Assembly: GCF_036365525.1 (NCBI RefSeq) | Contig: NC_090402.1 | Location: 23,474,987 to 23,538,986, forward strand | DNA length: 64,000 nt | Direction: 5' to 3' | Source: Heterodontus francisci | Lineage: Eukaryota | The notes under the pieces: model-generated | The model's database searches: none | What the model was told of the DNA's origin: nothing | What the model saw: the letters and a program-made list of their open reading frames with translations, nothing else | Position numbers and translations under genes: made by a program | Part shown: in pieces, positions 18,960 through 32,700 of the stretch | How the letters are laid out: every line of letters begins with the position of its first letter | Numbering within the stretch: position 1 is the first letter of the stretch

Positions 18960-19190
18960 ACTGGTTAATCTCAGCGATGTTGTTTGAGGGATAAATGTCA
19001 GCAAAAACACAGGAAAAACCCCTCCCCTGCTGTTTGAATAATGTCATGGAATCTTTACATCCACCGAAGAGGGAAGATGGTGACTCTGTTTAACGTCGCA
19101 TCTGACAGGCAACACTGCCAAAGTTGCAGCATTGATGGAGTGGGGCTTGAATCCAAAACCTTCTGACTCTGGTGCAAGATTAAAAGATAA
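18960..19190 (-). mobile_element. Ancient tRNA-headed Deu-domain SINE remnant (SacSINE1-like)
   Basis: Reverse-strand B-box-like GGATTCAAGCCC and core tcagatgcgacgttaaac...ggatgtaaagattccatg; family assigned from recall. Confidence 0.5.
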
Positions 19191-19249
19191 CTACCATGAA
19201 AGTTTACACAAAAGTGTAGCCAAAAGTAACGACAAAGTGAGTTGTGATT

Positions 19250-21370
19250 TGAGTATGCCATACCCAAGACTTTGTTTATATGTACATGTGAGAGGTGCCC
19301 ACAGAAACTTCTTTAATTTTCCTGGCTTCCACTCTGCAATTATCCACAGCAGCACTGATGAAATCACAGATTTCCCCTGTGAGGGGTTAGAAAATGAAAC
19401 ATCCCTTCCAAGATAGTATGGGTTCTACACTTAGAGCTGAATCACTCTATAAATAGGCCCTTCAGCCCACCAAGTCTGTGCCGACCAACAACCACCCATT
19501 TATACTAATCCTACATTAATCCCATATTCCCTACCACATCCCCACAATTCTCCTACCACCTACCTACACTAGGGGCAATTTACCTATCAACCTGTAAGTC
19601 TTTGGCTGTGGGAGGAAATCAGAGCACCCAGCAGAAACCCACACAGTCACAGGGAGAACTTGCAAACTCCACACAGGAAGTACCCAGAACTGAGCCCAGG
19701 TCACTGGAGCTGTGAGGCTGTGGTGCTAACCACTGCGCCACTGTTATCTGTTGATAACATATTGACTGTGTCTTTGTTATTGTCAGTACATAATCAGAAA
19801 TTTCTGCAGTCAGAAGGAGATAATTAGAGACAATGTCCGACTCGCCCTATAGAAAGTAAAGGTAATGAATCTTCAAACAAGGAGTTCCTTTTGTCAGAGT
19901 AGAGTTAGCATAACTACAAGCAGATCTCCTGATTAAAGGTTCACTTTTTTGGTGGTATTCGGGGAGGGAGAATGAGAGAGAATCACCAATACTTGATCAA
20001 TCATAATGTCAAATTAAGATACGGATCTCAAAAAACATTTGTAATCGTGTTAAACTGAGCTTTCAATATCTAGGTAGTGTAACTGCTCATATCAAATAGA
20101 TACACTGAAGATTGGGGATGTATTAGCTGAAGGGTCTTTCATTTTCCATCTTCAAATTCCCCCACATGAATCTGAAATCAGGCAGCCTTGCAGACTATGG
20201 AACACAAAAATTCCAATTTAATGAATCCCTTCACATTCTACTGTTTTATCTGCTGCTGTCACAGTAGAATTGCATCCAGAAAGAACGAGTGTGCTCCTTC
20301 AGAGAAAAGATCAGGAGCCGTTTCCTTAACTTGAACCCCATACATGTACAGTCTTGTTCCAGCAACCTGAAGCCTATGAAAACAATCAAGAATTTATATC
20401 TGAGAGAACTGGTGCATAATTTACAAATTTTCTACAAGATTTTGGATTTTCTTTTTCTAAATCCCTGCCCTGAAGACAATGGTTCAATGTGGATTGGTTA
20501 CACCATAACTCCAGTGCATTACCCAATAGACCATATTTTGTTTTTAAGGCGGTAGAGAGTGCATTGGCCATTTTAACTAAGCCTGTTTTTTTTTTTCACT
20601 TGTTGTTTGCACACACATTTTCCAACATAAGTCACCAAAAGTTGAAACCAAACTGACTTCCTTCACTAGACCAGCAGAGCTGAAAAAAACTGTAGGCTCC
20701 CCACTGTCATCCTGGCTAAGATCAAGCAGCTAAATTAGGCCAGTGATCTTCCTAGACTGAATGGCTCCGTACCACACCATGCATTGGATATAACAGTGAC
20801 AGTGTCTGTGGTCATTTTTAATACCCTCAGTCTCTATTTTATTTCACCATTCAGCTTTATTAGCATTCTAATTGTGGAAAATGCAACACAGCTCACATTG
20901 CCTGTGTGACCATGCAATGTTTTTGTTTCATGCTTTGTAAATTCCACACCCTTACTGTACAATCCCAGGATCTAGAGGTCTGTACAAAAAGAACAACTGC
21001 TTACTCGAAGGAATCTCTAAGATCCGGTGCTGAAAAACGTGGCCCGGCTGGTTTTACAAGAACAGCTGTAGTTAGTACCCACACAGTTTGTAAATACTAC
21101 CAAAGAGATTCAACAGTTTCATCAAAAATATTACCGTTCAGTCTTTCAGATGCACCATTGAAAGTACTTTTCACATTTCAATGTATTGATTTGTAATTTT
21201 TTCATATTTTAATATAATTTTGTCCGCAGCCAGTTCTCTGCCCTGCATGTGGTACCCGAGGTGCGATTACCCTCCAGTACCTCACCCATTCTTCATGAGG
21301 AAGCAAAGGCGGTGAGTCTTGTAGTTTCAATGTGCCATCTTGAGCTGGGTTTTAGCTTGGGCTATTATCT
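19250..21370 (-). pseudogene. WDR38: Inverted, decayed duplicate of WDR38 intron 5 through the 3' flank (pseudo-exons 6: 20979-20861; 7: 20373-20242; 8: 20171-20127; 9: from 19846)
   Basis: Reverse complement is collinear with ~58460-60330, introns included. Exon 6 has a 4-nt deletion and has lost its donor; exon 7 has an insertion giving TAA and a deletion; exon 8 has TGA and a CT donor. Confidence 0.9.
19450..19744 (-). mobile_element. HE1-like V-SINE inserted in the pseudogene 3' region
   Basis: Same family as 11995-12319; absent from the corresponding position of the intact copy. Confidence 0.85.
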
Positions 21371-21409
21371 GAGTTGCTACGTGACTCAGTAAGGATAGGA
21401 AGAGATACT

Positions 21410-21639
21410 AAAATAAAAGCAAAATACTGCGGATGCTGGAAATCTGAAATAAAAACAAGAAATGCTGGAACCACTCAGCAGGTCTGGCAGCATCTGTGGA
21501 AAGAGAAGCAGAGTTAACGTTTCGGGTCAGTGATGCTTCTCCGGAACAAGGGTCACTGACCCGAAACGTTAACTCTGCTTCTCTTTCCACAGATGCTGCC
21601 AGACCTGCTGAGTGGTTCCAGCATTTCTTGTTTTTATTT
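21410..21639. mobile_element. Palindromic Penelope-like element with perfect 87-bp inverted arms
   Basis: TSD TAGGAAGAGATACT (21396-21409, 21640-21653); arms 21447-21533 and 21553-21639. Confidence 0.8.
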
Positions 21640-21654
21640 TAGGAAGAGATACTC

Positions 21655-22550
21655 TCATTTCAAGATTTTTAGCAGACTGGACTGGCTCCTCAGTCTCTCC
21701 ATTAGCTTGAGTATTGTGAGTGTTAATGGTAATAAGCACAAAGCAACACTGAGCTCTGAATATGTGAAACTCTGCAGCCGGAAATTGCATCACATTGTTT
21801 GTGACAAGTTCCTCAGGGATAGCCCAAGTGAACATATTCCTAAAATTCCAACTTATATCTGACAGGTGACTAATTTCAAGAAATCTAGATAACAGTCAAT
21901 GACTACAAGGTCTTTTTGTCCTCTAAGCTCCCACAAGACGACACAACAATCTTTTGCCAAGGTCTCTTTGGTAATGGTGTAATCATCAAAGGTGTAATCA
22001 TCTTTGAGTTGACAAAAGTCACATGAAGGCACATTCTTCTTGATGATATCCTTGTTAATGCCTCACCACACAGATATGTTTGTCTACTTGGCATTTTATC
22101 AACTTCAGATGGTCCTGATGCATCTCTCTCCTCATTGTAGGAGGGATATTAAGTATGGCCCATTACATCAACAACTTTTTTTTGCTGAGAATTCTCCTTG
22201 TACAATGTAACAACTTATCAGCTCATCAAGAAGATCTTGAATATACTTCAGCCATCCTTCTCTAGTGTTGAAAGTTTTCTATCTGCTATAGTTGTCTCTC
22301 TTATTGGTGTACCTCTGTATCTAAACATTACTATACTGGCCTTTACTGCTTCATGCGTCTGTATCTTAAGTAGGATTCCTGGATAATCTATCCACTACAT
22401 ATTACTTTCTCGAGAATATACTCTGCCTTTCCATTAAACCTCAAGTCTCTTCCAAAGATTCTGACATCTGAGTGCGACTATCCAAATCATAACTGGGAAG
22501 TGGTTAATCATACGACAGCAATTTCTCATCACATGCTTGTTGCACCCTGT
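21655..22550 (-). mobile_element. Decayed Ty3/Gypsy pol fragment (RNase H to integrase)
   Basis: PLMITPLPKRPWQKI and IPEELVTNN..QF...QANGETE integrase-like motifs, with many stops. Confidence 0.7.
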
Positions 22551-23640
22551 TGGGGGAAATTGCGGATTTTAAAGCTGTGCAAGTTCTGAAACTACCCCTT
22601 TATTTTTGAAACAGTGGCCGTAATTGGATAGATATCCTGTTAGTATCCAAGGGAGGGGGTAAACATTTGTATGGACATTAAGGGTAGATTTTACTTTAAT
22701 ATACAACTCTTTGTACTTTGAGCTTTTCATTGCACAACTCAATTGCATGTGTGAGAAGAACTCTGCTGGGCATTTCAATGTATGTTGAACCTAAACATAA
22801 CATTTGTTAGGCAGCAGATGGAATATTGTGCTTAGTTTTCGATACTCTCATTTGGAAGGGATGCCAAGGCCATGGAGAGGGTACTAGTTATGAGGAGGGG
22901 CTAAAGAAACTGGGGCTCTTTTTACAAGAACAGAGAAGGTTATGAGAAGAATTGATGGAGATGTTCAAAATTATGAGAGGCTTTGGTTAAGTATTTTGGG
23001 GAAATACTTTCACAGTTCAGTTAATCAATAACTAAAGAGCATAAATTTAAGATAATCACTAAAAGAACAAAACGTGGCAGGTACAAAACATTTTTACACC
23101 AAGGTTCTTAGGAAATTGTACTCCCTAATAACCTTGGTGGTGGTAGAAGATCTATAATAGCTTTTAAAAGATAAATATCTGAACAGTGCACAGGGTGCAG
23201 TTCTATTCACAACTCCTCAAGTAATGAAGCAGCCCATATCCACTTGCAGCAATACCCAGCCAGTATTCAGGCTTGGCTGATAAGTGGCAAATAACATTTA
23301 TGCCACACAAGTGCCAGGCAACGATCATATCCACCAAAAGAGAATCTAACCACCTCCCCCTTGACATTTAATGAAATTACTATTGCTGAATTCCCCCACC
23401 ATCACCATCCTTGAGGCTATCCCTCGATAGCCTGGTCCTGCAGCGCCTCAATTTTAATATTCTCATCCTTGTTTCCAAATCCCTCCGCCATCGACACAAC
23501 TATCTACAAGGTGCACTGCAGCAACTTGCCAAGGCTGCTTCGACAGCAACTTCCAAAGCCTTGACCTGAACTGCCTAGAAGAACAAGGGCAGCAGGTGTA
23601 TGGGAGCCCCTCCACTTACAAGTTCCCCTTCACCTTAAAC

Positions 23641-23810
23641 TAAAAGCAAAATATTGCGGATGCTGGAAATATGAAATAAAAACTGCAAGTGCTGGAAATA
23701 CTCATCAGGCCTGGCAGCATCAGTGGAGAGAGAAACAGTTAACGCTTAACATTAACTCTGTTTCTCTCTCCACAGGCCTGCTGAGTATTTCCAGCACATT
23801 CTGCTTTAAT
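23641..23810. mobile_element. Older palindromic Penelope-like element inserted in a LINE 3' fragment (~23200-24015)
   Basis: Same terminus taaaagcaaaata(t)tgcggatgctggaaat, imperfect inverted arms, degenerate TSD ttccc.tcacctt. Confidence 0.65.
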
Positions 23811-24299
23811 TTCCCATCACCTTCTTGACTTGTAAATATATCGCTGCTTCTTCATCATCACTGAGTCAAAACCCTGGAATTCCCTGCCTAGCAGAACTAT
23901 GGGTACACCTAGTCCATGCAGACCACTTCAAGAAAGTGTCTCACCTCAAGGGCAATTAGGGATGGCAATAGATCCTGGCTTTGCCAGCGATGCCCACATC
24001 CCATGAATAAATTTTAAAAATTTAATTAAAACTTTAAAAAAGCATGGGAATGAGACTGAGGATAACTCAGGGAACTATCCTCTTAGATGTGTACTATGAT
24101 TCATTGAGTATCTCTCATTCTTTGAGTGCCAGTGTTATTGTTTTTATTTATTGTGTATTCGCCTCATGCATCTTTATTTTTTTAATCATTTGTGGGATGT
24201 GGGCACCACTGGTGTCTGTTTGAGCCCCTGCACTTGATATTAGTGCATGCTGTACGTATGGTTATGTGCATTGTGCATTTGTCACTGTGTGCATAACTT

Positions 24300-24765
24300 C
24301 GTAAACCTGAGCTCATCCAAAACACTGCTGCCCGTTTACTGACTCGCTCCAAGTCCATCCATTCATTCATAGTCCTGGTACTGCAGTGCCTCAATGTTAA
24401 AATTCTGATCCTTGTTTCCAAATCCCTTGATAGCCTCTCCCCTCCCTATCTCTATAATCTCCTCTAGCCCTACAACCCTCTGATTGCTGCTCCAATTCTG
24501 ACCTCTTGCATATCCCTTATCTTAATCACGCCACTATTGGTGGCTGTGTTTTCAGCTGCCTAGCCCATAAACTGAAGTTCTTTCCCTAAATCTTTCTACC
24601 TCACTTCCTTTAAGATACTCCTTAAGACCTATCTCTTTGACCAAGCTTTTGATCTATCCTAATAGCTCCTTATGGGGTTTGGTGTCAAATTTTGTGAACA
24701 TTTGTGTGAAGTGCCTTGGAACACTTTACTGCATTAAGGGTGCTATATAAATGCAGGTTGTTGTT
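24300..24765 (+). mobile_element. L2-type LINE 3' fragment
   Basis: gagctcatccaaaac...gaccaagctttt...gtgctatataaatgcaggttgttg. Confidence 0.65.
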
Positions 24766-24792
24766 TAGGTTCAATTTGTCCTGATATCTTCA

Positions 24793-25139
24793 GTTTAGAG
24801 TTTAGAGTTACAGCACTGAAACAGGCCCTTCAGCCCACCAAGTCTGTGCCGACCATCAACCACCCATTTATACTAATCCTATACTAATCCCATATTCCTA
24901 CCACATCCCCACCTATATATTTCCCTACCACCTACCTATACTAGGGGCAATTTATAATGGCCAATTAACCTATCAACCTGCAAGTCTTTGGCATGTGGGA
25001 GGAAACCGGAGCACCCGGAGGAAACCCACACAGACACAGGGAGAACTTGCAAACTCCACACAGGCAGTACCCAGAATTGAACCCGGGTCCCTGGAGCTGT
25101 GAGGCTGCGGTGCTAACCACTGCGCCACTGTGCCGCCCC
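24793..25139 (-). mobile_element. HE1-like V-SINE
   Basis: Complete tRNA head, V-domain and tail on the - strand. Confidence 0.85.
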
Positions 25140-26659
25140 ATTCTGGTTCCATTCAGCATGGCTCATTCCCTTCCTCATTAATTACCCATGTTTTACACTG
25201 GCTGAAGTTTTGGATTTACATCATAAGGTTATAAATTCTTCACATCCATCACATGTCAATAACACTGATATGAGTGGCTGCCAATGACATCGTGTCATTA
25301 CCACAGGCACCAGAGCTTGTGATATCACAATCAGACCTGATCATTTTACTTTGAAACTTAGTCTCAGATATTAAAATGAAGGGACAAGGTAATACCCTTT
25401 ACTGCATAGATTAAAAATTAACAGTAATAAGGTACAGGGCGTTAGGACATTGTCTACTCACCAACAGGACCTGGGATTGAATCCAGTCCAGAAAAATGAG
25501 AGCAAGCAGGCTCTTTTCTCTCTGCTGTTTGGAGCAATTCTAGTGCTGAGTGGACATTGATCCACACCACAAAATGGCCTATAAATTGGCAATCTCACTC
25601 AGAGGTCACAGCAATGGAGAAAATGGAGCTCGCCAGAGGTTGGGAGCAGTGGAGGGGATTTTATTCCCCCTCCAACCATATCCCTAAATGTTGCCTGGGT
25701 TGATAAGGAAGATTTGCATTGATGTAGTGCCTTATGATGTCTCAAACGTGTTTCACATTCAGTGAATTACTCAGAAGTGTAACAGCTACTGCTGTTTTGC
25801 AAATCCTGGAGCAGACCTATGAACCTGGGGTTTTCTGATCTCGCCACAAACTCTGTTCCCTTGCCATTATCTTCATTCCCCTCTTTTGCCACGGTCTGAG
25901 GCTGAACTAAAATGTTTGCAACCTCAGCACCCTGTTTGACCCTGAGCTGAGTTTCTGACCCCATGCTCTCAACATTGTCCAGACTTCCAACTCTGTAATA
26001 TTGCCCATCTCCACCTTCGCCCCAGCCCATTGGCTGCTAAAACCCTCATTCATGCCTTTGTTATCTCCAGACTCAACAATTCTAATGTTCTCCTGGCCAG
26101 TCTCCCACCTTACATCCTCTGTAAACTTCAACTCATCCAAAATTCTGCTGCCTGTGTCCTAACTCGCACCAAGTCCCATTCACCTATCACTGCTGTGCTC
26201 ACAGACTGGTTTCCAGTCTGGCAATGTCCTTGTGTGAAGAAATGTTTCCTGGCATCACCCCTGACCAACCTAGGTATAATTTTAAGGTTGTGCCCTTTGT
26301 TCTGGACTTCCTCACCAATGGTTTATGAATGTAATATATTTGGCAAATTGGATCCTTGAGATCTTTTGAGAACATAAACAAACAGAGGAAGGAAAAGATT
26401 AATGAATGTAAATGTAGTCTGCAGTCACACCCCTTTGGCTACCACTCAGCAAGCCTGGAGCTGCCCAGCAGCCACTTAAGCCACTCAGAATCTATGTCGG
26501 CCCCATTCTCCACTAAAGAATTGTTTCCCATAATTTACAGCAGACGTGTAACTATCACATGCAACTGGCCAAGAATCTGCTGAATCTTTCTTGTCATTTG
26601 ATCGATGGCAATGGTGAAAATATTAAGCAAAAAGAAAAAATCAGCTGTATCAACTAACT

Positions 26660-26728
26660 ATGTGGAGGAAACTGACCTCATACTTCAACAACATCTCTGT
26701 GAGCTACTTTTACGCACACAAAGAAGAG
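26660..26728 (+). CDS. WDR38: WDR38 exon 1
   Basis: MWRKLTSYFNNISVSYFYAHKEE|gtaggc; 23 codons ending HxxE, like the human N-terminus. Confidence 0.75.
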
Positions 26729-29700
26729 GTAGGCAGCAAAGGTATTGACTTTTAACCTCAGACTTGTGGAAATTTCTTGTATATCTGAAATATTTATTTT
26801 ATATTTTTCAGCCACAGAAAGAACATAGTGAATCATATAATTTAACAGCATAGGGGAGGCCAGGTCTCTGAGCTATCCACTGTCTCACTCTTATGTCTTT
26901 TTAAAAACAACTTTCCAAAAATTATCCACTCCTCTTTTAAAAACTATTATGGATTCTGTTTCCCACCTAATAACCTCTGTGTAAAAAAAAAGTTTCCCCA
27001 TAGCTTTCCTTTCGTTCTTTTGATGATGATCTTAGATTTATGCTCTTTAGTTATCGGCTCCTTTATCAGTGGAAATAAGTTTTCTCGTCATAATTTTGAA
27101 TGGCTCAATCAGTTCTTCTCTGAACCTCCCCTGTTCTGGTGAAAAAAGTTCCAGTTTCTTTAGCCTCTCTTCCTAACTAAAGCTTCTCTTACCTGGGATT
27201 ATCTTCAGTACCCATTCCAAGTCCTTGGTATTTTTTCTAAATGAGAATGCCCAAAACTGGACGCAATATTCTAACTGCTGCGTAACAAATTATATGCATA
27301 GGTTCATTTCTACATTGAAAAACCCAAGAGTTCCTCTCACACATGCAGTTGAGGTATGCAATATAAAAGTACGAAGAGTTGTATATTAAAGTAAATGTTT
27401 TCCCCAATGTTGTAGCCTACTCAAGTGAAATATCACCTCCACTAAATGAATCTGAGTTTGAAACTGCTTCTGTTCATTTTGAATCCCCCCAGTCAAGTAC
27501 TCTTTCCTGGTGACAGTACTATGCACTAAGACAAACAGCTAAAATTTGAAAGCCCAAATTAAGAACTTCCAGCAGCTGGATTGTGATAAAAACCAATTGT
27601 TGCATAGACAGTGATTAGTTAGTAATGGCAAACAGGTGCCAACATTTGAGAGTCAACCCCTCAATCCAGCAGGCATGTGTCTGGTTCATCAGCAGCTGGA
27701 GAAGGTAGTTGTGAGAAATTTCTGTCAATCAGAGAACTACATATTCTCCTTAGAAGAATCAGGTGGCAGAGAAATGAATCCTGGGGGGAAGTTTTTCCAG
27801 GCTGTTGGAGGTGGGTTTGGAGCAGGGAAAGGGAAAAATGCTATCAGATTAGTATCCCAATGTGTTTTCTCATCCTTGTTTTCAAATCCCACAATGGCTT
27901 TGCTCCTCCCTATCTCTGTAATCTCCTCCAGCCCCACAACTCTCCAAGATATCTGTGCTCCTCTAATTCTGGGCTCTTGAGCATCCCAGATTTTAATTGC
28001 TCCACCACTGGGGGCCTTGCCTTTAGTTGCTTAGGCCCTCAGCTCCAGAATACTCTCCCTACACCTCTCCACCTTGCTTTCCTCCTTTTAAGACCCTTCT
28101 TTAAAAACTAGCTTTTGGTCATCTGACCTAATATAACACCATGCCTCATAAGGGAATATTTTGTTTTATAATGCTCCTGTAAAGCACCTTGGGACGTTAA
28201 ATGCCTTTATTACGTTAAAGGTGCTATATAAATATGTTGCTGTTTCTCGGGGGCCGGTTGGTCTTGAAGTCAGGAACCCCTGCGTTTGGGGCAGGAGGGC
28301 AATTGAGTTCATCAGATAAGCAATTCAGTGACTTTCTGAGTGGAATTCCTGTTTCCAAACAGTGGAGCTGCCTCATCCTGTGTCCCCAACCTGGTAGGTT
28401 GGAGCAGGTGAAAACAGTGAGAGAGACTGCCTCAGTGAAACTGACCAGCTATGAAAGCTTTGATCAGTTGCAATTAAGAGCTATAGAAATGGATGAGCTA
28501 AGAGGCTGCTTTGCAAAGGACTCCTCCTGCCAGACTCCTATCATGGCTTGACAGGTGAGAGCCAACTGCCTGGGAGACATATCACCTGACCAGCACTTCT
28601 CCGCCCTCAGCTGCACTTCCCTGCTCTCGGAGTGGTATGGGAGCAGCTTACGCAGCTACACCATCTCCCTCTGCTGAAGATCTAGGGCAGAGGGCTTTCC
28701 ACTGCAATGTGTAGCACCAGCTGCTTTCTCTGCAGTCACATGCCCCTCCACTGAGTTGTAGGTGGATGGAGACGAGACCTCAACAGAGGGTCTGCAGACA
28801 GAGAACCAGCTCTCTCGACATGTCTGAGCACCAGTGCCTCAGGAGGCCCAGCCTCTCACAGCACGTCGCTGCTGACATTTGCCCCCTCATGGTGCAAGAC
28901 CACCTTCCCAGTGGATCAGGTGGGCATGCATTGCCACTGCCACCCTCCCTAATTGGTCGAGGTGCCCAAAGGCAGGCTGTTAATTGGTTTGCTCTGGTAA
29001 AGAGTAACAGAGATTCCCTCTAATTGGGAAGTCAGGTTAACAACCCAAAAATGGTCCTACATCTAAAAATAAACTGAAAAGATTCTGTCCTTGGTAATCC
29101 TCATCCTGTGAAGCTTGGAAGCTGTTCTGTTTAATAAATCCGTTTAAAACTGAGACAAATCTCAGTCTAGTTTTGTGACAAAACACTATTAAAAAAAATC
29201 TTGTAGTGTTTGGAAATCTACTGTGACTGATCGAGGTACTCTGTAATGAAATAGTTTGTTTTGTGCAGGTGAACCAATGTGCATTCTCTAGTGATGGCCG
29301 GCTCCTATTAACAGCTTCCGACGACCATAGAGTTTGTGTCTGGAATGTTGGAACTGGAAAACTTCTATCTAAAATAAAAGGTCACACAGGTATGAGATTT
29401 CAGTTACCCCTTTCACCGGCTTGTAGGTACTCTTTATATATTTGTGATTTGTTCATTGGCCATACATAATTTATTAACCCTGCGTATTATTGGATATATT
29501 TTTGTGATCTTCAGTTTATCTTCTATCTTTATGCATGCCTTGTTTTGTTTTCCAATGATTTAATACTGTTAGAGCTGCAGTGAACATTTTTTAAACATTG
29601 TCATCATCAGTACTGTTCTTGTCTGATACCTTTGTTAGTGAATTGCTTCATTTAAGATCCACAAACACATTAGTACCTTTGGGGGGGGGGGGGGGGTGAT

Positions 29701-32700
29701 TTGCTCTGGTTGCTATTTCTAATGCAATCATAAATCAATTCTTTTAGAATGTACTTACAATTATGCTAAAATAGTAAAAGGAAGAAAAACCTGGCACCCC
29801 TTATTCACATAAGAATGTCATTTTGTTTAGAAGTCATTAATAAGTAGCAAGCAGAGAAATCTTTCCCCAAGGTCTGTAAATGGGACTTAAAGATATTAAG
29901 TAGTGTGTGATCAGATTAATTGTGGAATAAATATTTGTTCTCTCCAAGGATGCAAGTTGTATTATTTCTCAGTTGTGGGAAACCCATAATTATGGGGACT
30001 TTTTGCATTAATTTAATAAACTAACATTTCCTCTCAATGATGAGATTTTGGAGCTGATTTGCATCTCGGCCCAGTCTATGTTGGCGGTTGCACAGTTTGC
30101 AGGTACCGATTTACACATTACTGAATCTGGGACATTTCTAGTTTCAGCAAATCTGCATCGTGCTGGATGTGATAAACACTTTGTACTTCAATGATTAGCC
30201 TCCAGGGGTGGGAATTTGTGTGCTCCTGCAGATCTTAGAGGGGATTTCACTGCTGATAGACTTTGACAAGCTCTGGAAAATAAATGTGAGCTGTTGTGGT
30301 ACAACTTAAAAAGGAGGTCATAGAAAGCTGGCAGCTGCAGGTGTAACTCAGACCGATGTCCTGTTTCCTACCCTAAAATGTGGGTCAGAGGGTTTGGCAG
30401 GGGAGAGACCATGATCAGTGGCTTTTGTTCCTGTTCCAGGTAGGTTTTGAGTAAAATAGCTGTAACCAATTCTAGAGCTTCAGGCCAGGGAGTGCGTAAC
30501 ACCGTTCGGGTGGTGGTGAAGGATAAAGGAGATGCACCGGTTGACTGTACCTTCTTCAGCAAGAAAATCCTTATTGATTGCTGTGGATTCCATGCTGCGG
30601 ACATCTTCTGCCTGCTGGACTTCCCCAACAGTGGATATTTCGACGTGACTTTCAAGAATGTGGCGGGATGCATCAAGTTCCTGAAGGTGTTAAAGGAGAA
30701 GGGAAACCACACGCCGCTGTCAATCCTCACAGTGGAGCCACTTTTCACGCTGCCGTCACAACGTGACCGGGTGGTGACAATCCACCTCTGTAACCGCCAT
30801 GTTCCTGTCGTCGATATATTCACCTTCCTCGCCAGGTACGTCGAGGTGGCCGGCAGCAGCACTGATGTCAAGGTCACATTTGGGATTTGGACCAGCAAGC
30901 GGCAGGTCAAGGTGACCTTGAAGGTCGATGCCAAAGAAGCCTTCATCCCTCCAGCTTCGCTATCTGGGGAAGTCGAGGCTTCTTGGTCTATGCAGGACAG
31001 CCCAGAGTTTGTCGCACCTGTAGCAAATCTGGTCACATGGCAGCTAACTGCAGCACAGTCGTCTGCAAGAAGGAAGGCCATCAGACCAAGGACTGTAAGC
31101 AGAGTAAGTGCTGCAAACTGTGCGGTGAGGCAGGCCACCTCTACAAAACCTGCCCCAAACGCTGCCTCAGTTATGCACAGGCGGCAAGGTCCAAGGAAAG
31201 GCGTCTGGTGCTGGGAAGGAGACAAGCAACCCTCTCCGCAGCGAGGAAAGTCTACCTGAGAAGGAGGAGAAAGGGGAGGCAGTTGAAACCAGCGACCCAA
31301 CACCTACCCTGTGCACAGACAGAATCAATGGAGGAGGAGGCAGCAGATGGACAAACAGGCCAGTGGCAAGTGGTACAAAGGAAAACCACAAAGAAAAAAC
31401 CTCCAAAAGCAGAACAGGTCATCACCCAAACCAGTGACAAGAGGAGGCTACCGTCTGAGACAGATTGTAAATTGCCCCTAGTGTCGGTATGTGGTAGGAG
31501 AATGGTTGGGATGTGGTAGGGAATATGGGATTAATGTAGGATTATTATAAATGGGTGGTCGGCACAGACTCAGTGGGCCGAAGGGCCTGTTTCAGTGCTG
31601 TATCTCTAAAGAAAATAAAATAAATAAACTACGGCAGCTCCTCCTCACTGGATGAGGAAGGGCTGGAACGACGGCACCCGCAAAAGAAGCAGCAGAACTC
31701 AAAGGAGCTGGAAGGTAAAGCCCCCCCAGCTCCGGGGCACTGGAAGCTGTGATGGGCCCAGCGCGCCCCAAACCCAAAGCACCAAACCTAGCGACATGCC
31801 CAGCGCATCCCAGCACACTGAGAACAAAGAAGCATCGGGCGCACTCCAGCTCTGGGAAGCCGGGAGCAGTGATGTTTTCGTGGAGGAACAGAGGGGAAAG
31901 CCTTGCTGCCTACAAGATTCCCCCCCCCCCCGATGTCACCCCAGTGGAACAAACCCCCCATGAGAAACCAGGAGGGGTTTCTGAGCCCAACGAACGTGAA
32001 ACAGCTTGCGTACACTATGGGTATGCAGGAACATACCGAAGGACTGGGACTAGCAAGGACAACTGGTGTGGGAAGCAACAACTAACATAAAAATGGGTAT
32101 AAAGATTGCTTCAATTAACGTGGGTAACATTAAATCCACTACGCGATGTGTTTCAACCTTGGACTCCCTCTCCCAGGTCAAAGCCGACCTGCTGTTTCTA
32201 CAAAAGAGTGGAATACCACACCTCAGCACCTACAGGCAATGGTTGCGATGGTGGTCCCACAGGCCATTGATCTGGTCAGGGGGAAATGATTCCCGTTCCT
32301 CCGACCTGGGTATTCTGCTGCAGGGAGGTAACTTCACCATCTCTGAAGTTAAGGAGGTGGTGGGCGGTTGCCTTCTTGTAGCAAATACTCTGCTCTGGTT
32401 TATCAGCGTGCACACCCCAGTTCAATGCAGCGAGCAGCAGACTGTCTTCCAGCAGCTCCCACTGCTGCTGGCGACGTCCAGGCCGGTCATTCTAGGCGGT
32501 GACTTCAACTACATCATCAATGCAGCTGGACAATCCGGCAGTGACAACAGCAAACTGGACGCTACGTCCAGATTCCTAATGGAAACAGTAAAAGATGCCA
32601 AACTGCACGACGTCTTCAGCAAACCTGCAGACAGAGCGCAGCGTAGATAAACCTGGTCAAGATCGGACGGGTCTGCTCGTTTCAGGATTGACTTCCTGTT

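Noticed and set aside
20713-20726. 14-nt match to the U2 snRNA 5' region (TGGCTAAGATCAAG)
   Set aside because: Lies in the duplicated WDR38 intron 6, the paralogous site differs, and the match does not extend; probably chance.
21500-21580. Active hammerhead in the 21.4-kb and 43.8-kb palindrome copies
   Set aside because: Helix II and GAAACGTT are present, but the CTGANGA box is mutated (CCGGAGA) or deleted.
26520-26640. RFX X-box upstream of WDR38
   Set aside because: Only half-sites (GTAAC, GCAAC) with non-consensus spacing.
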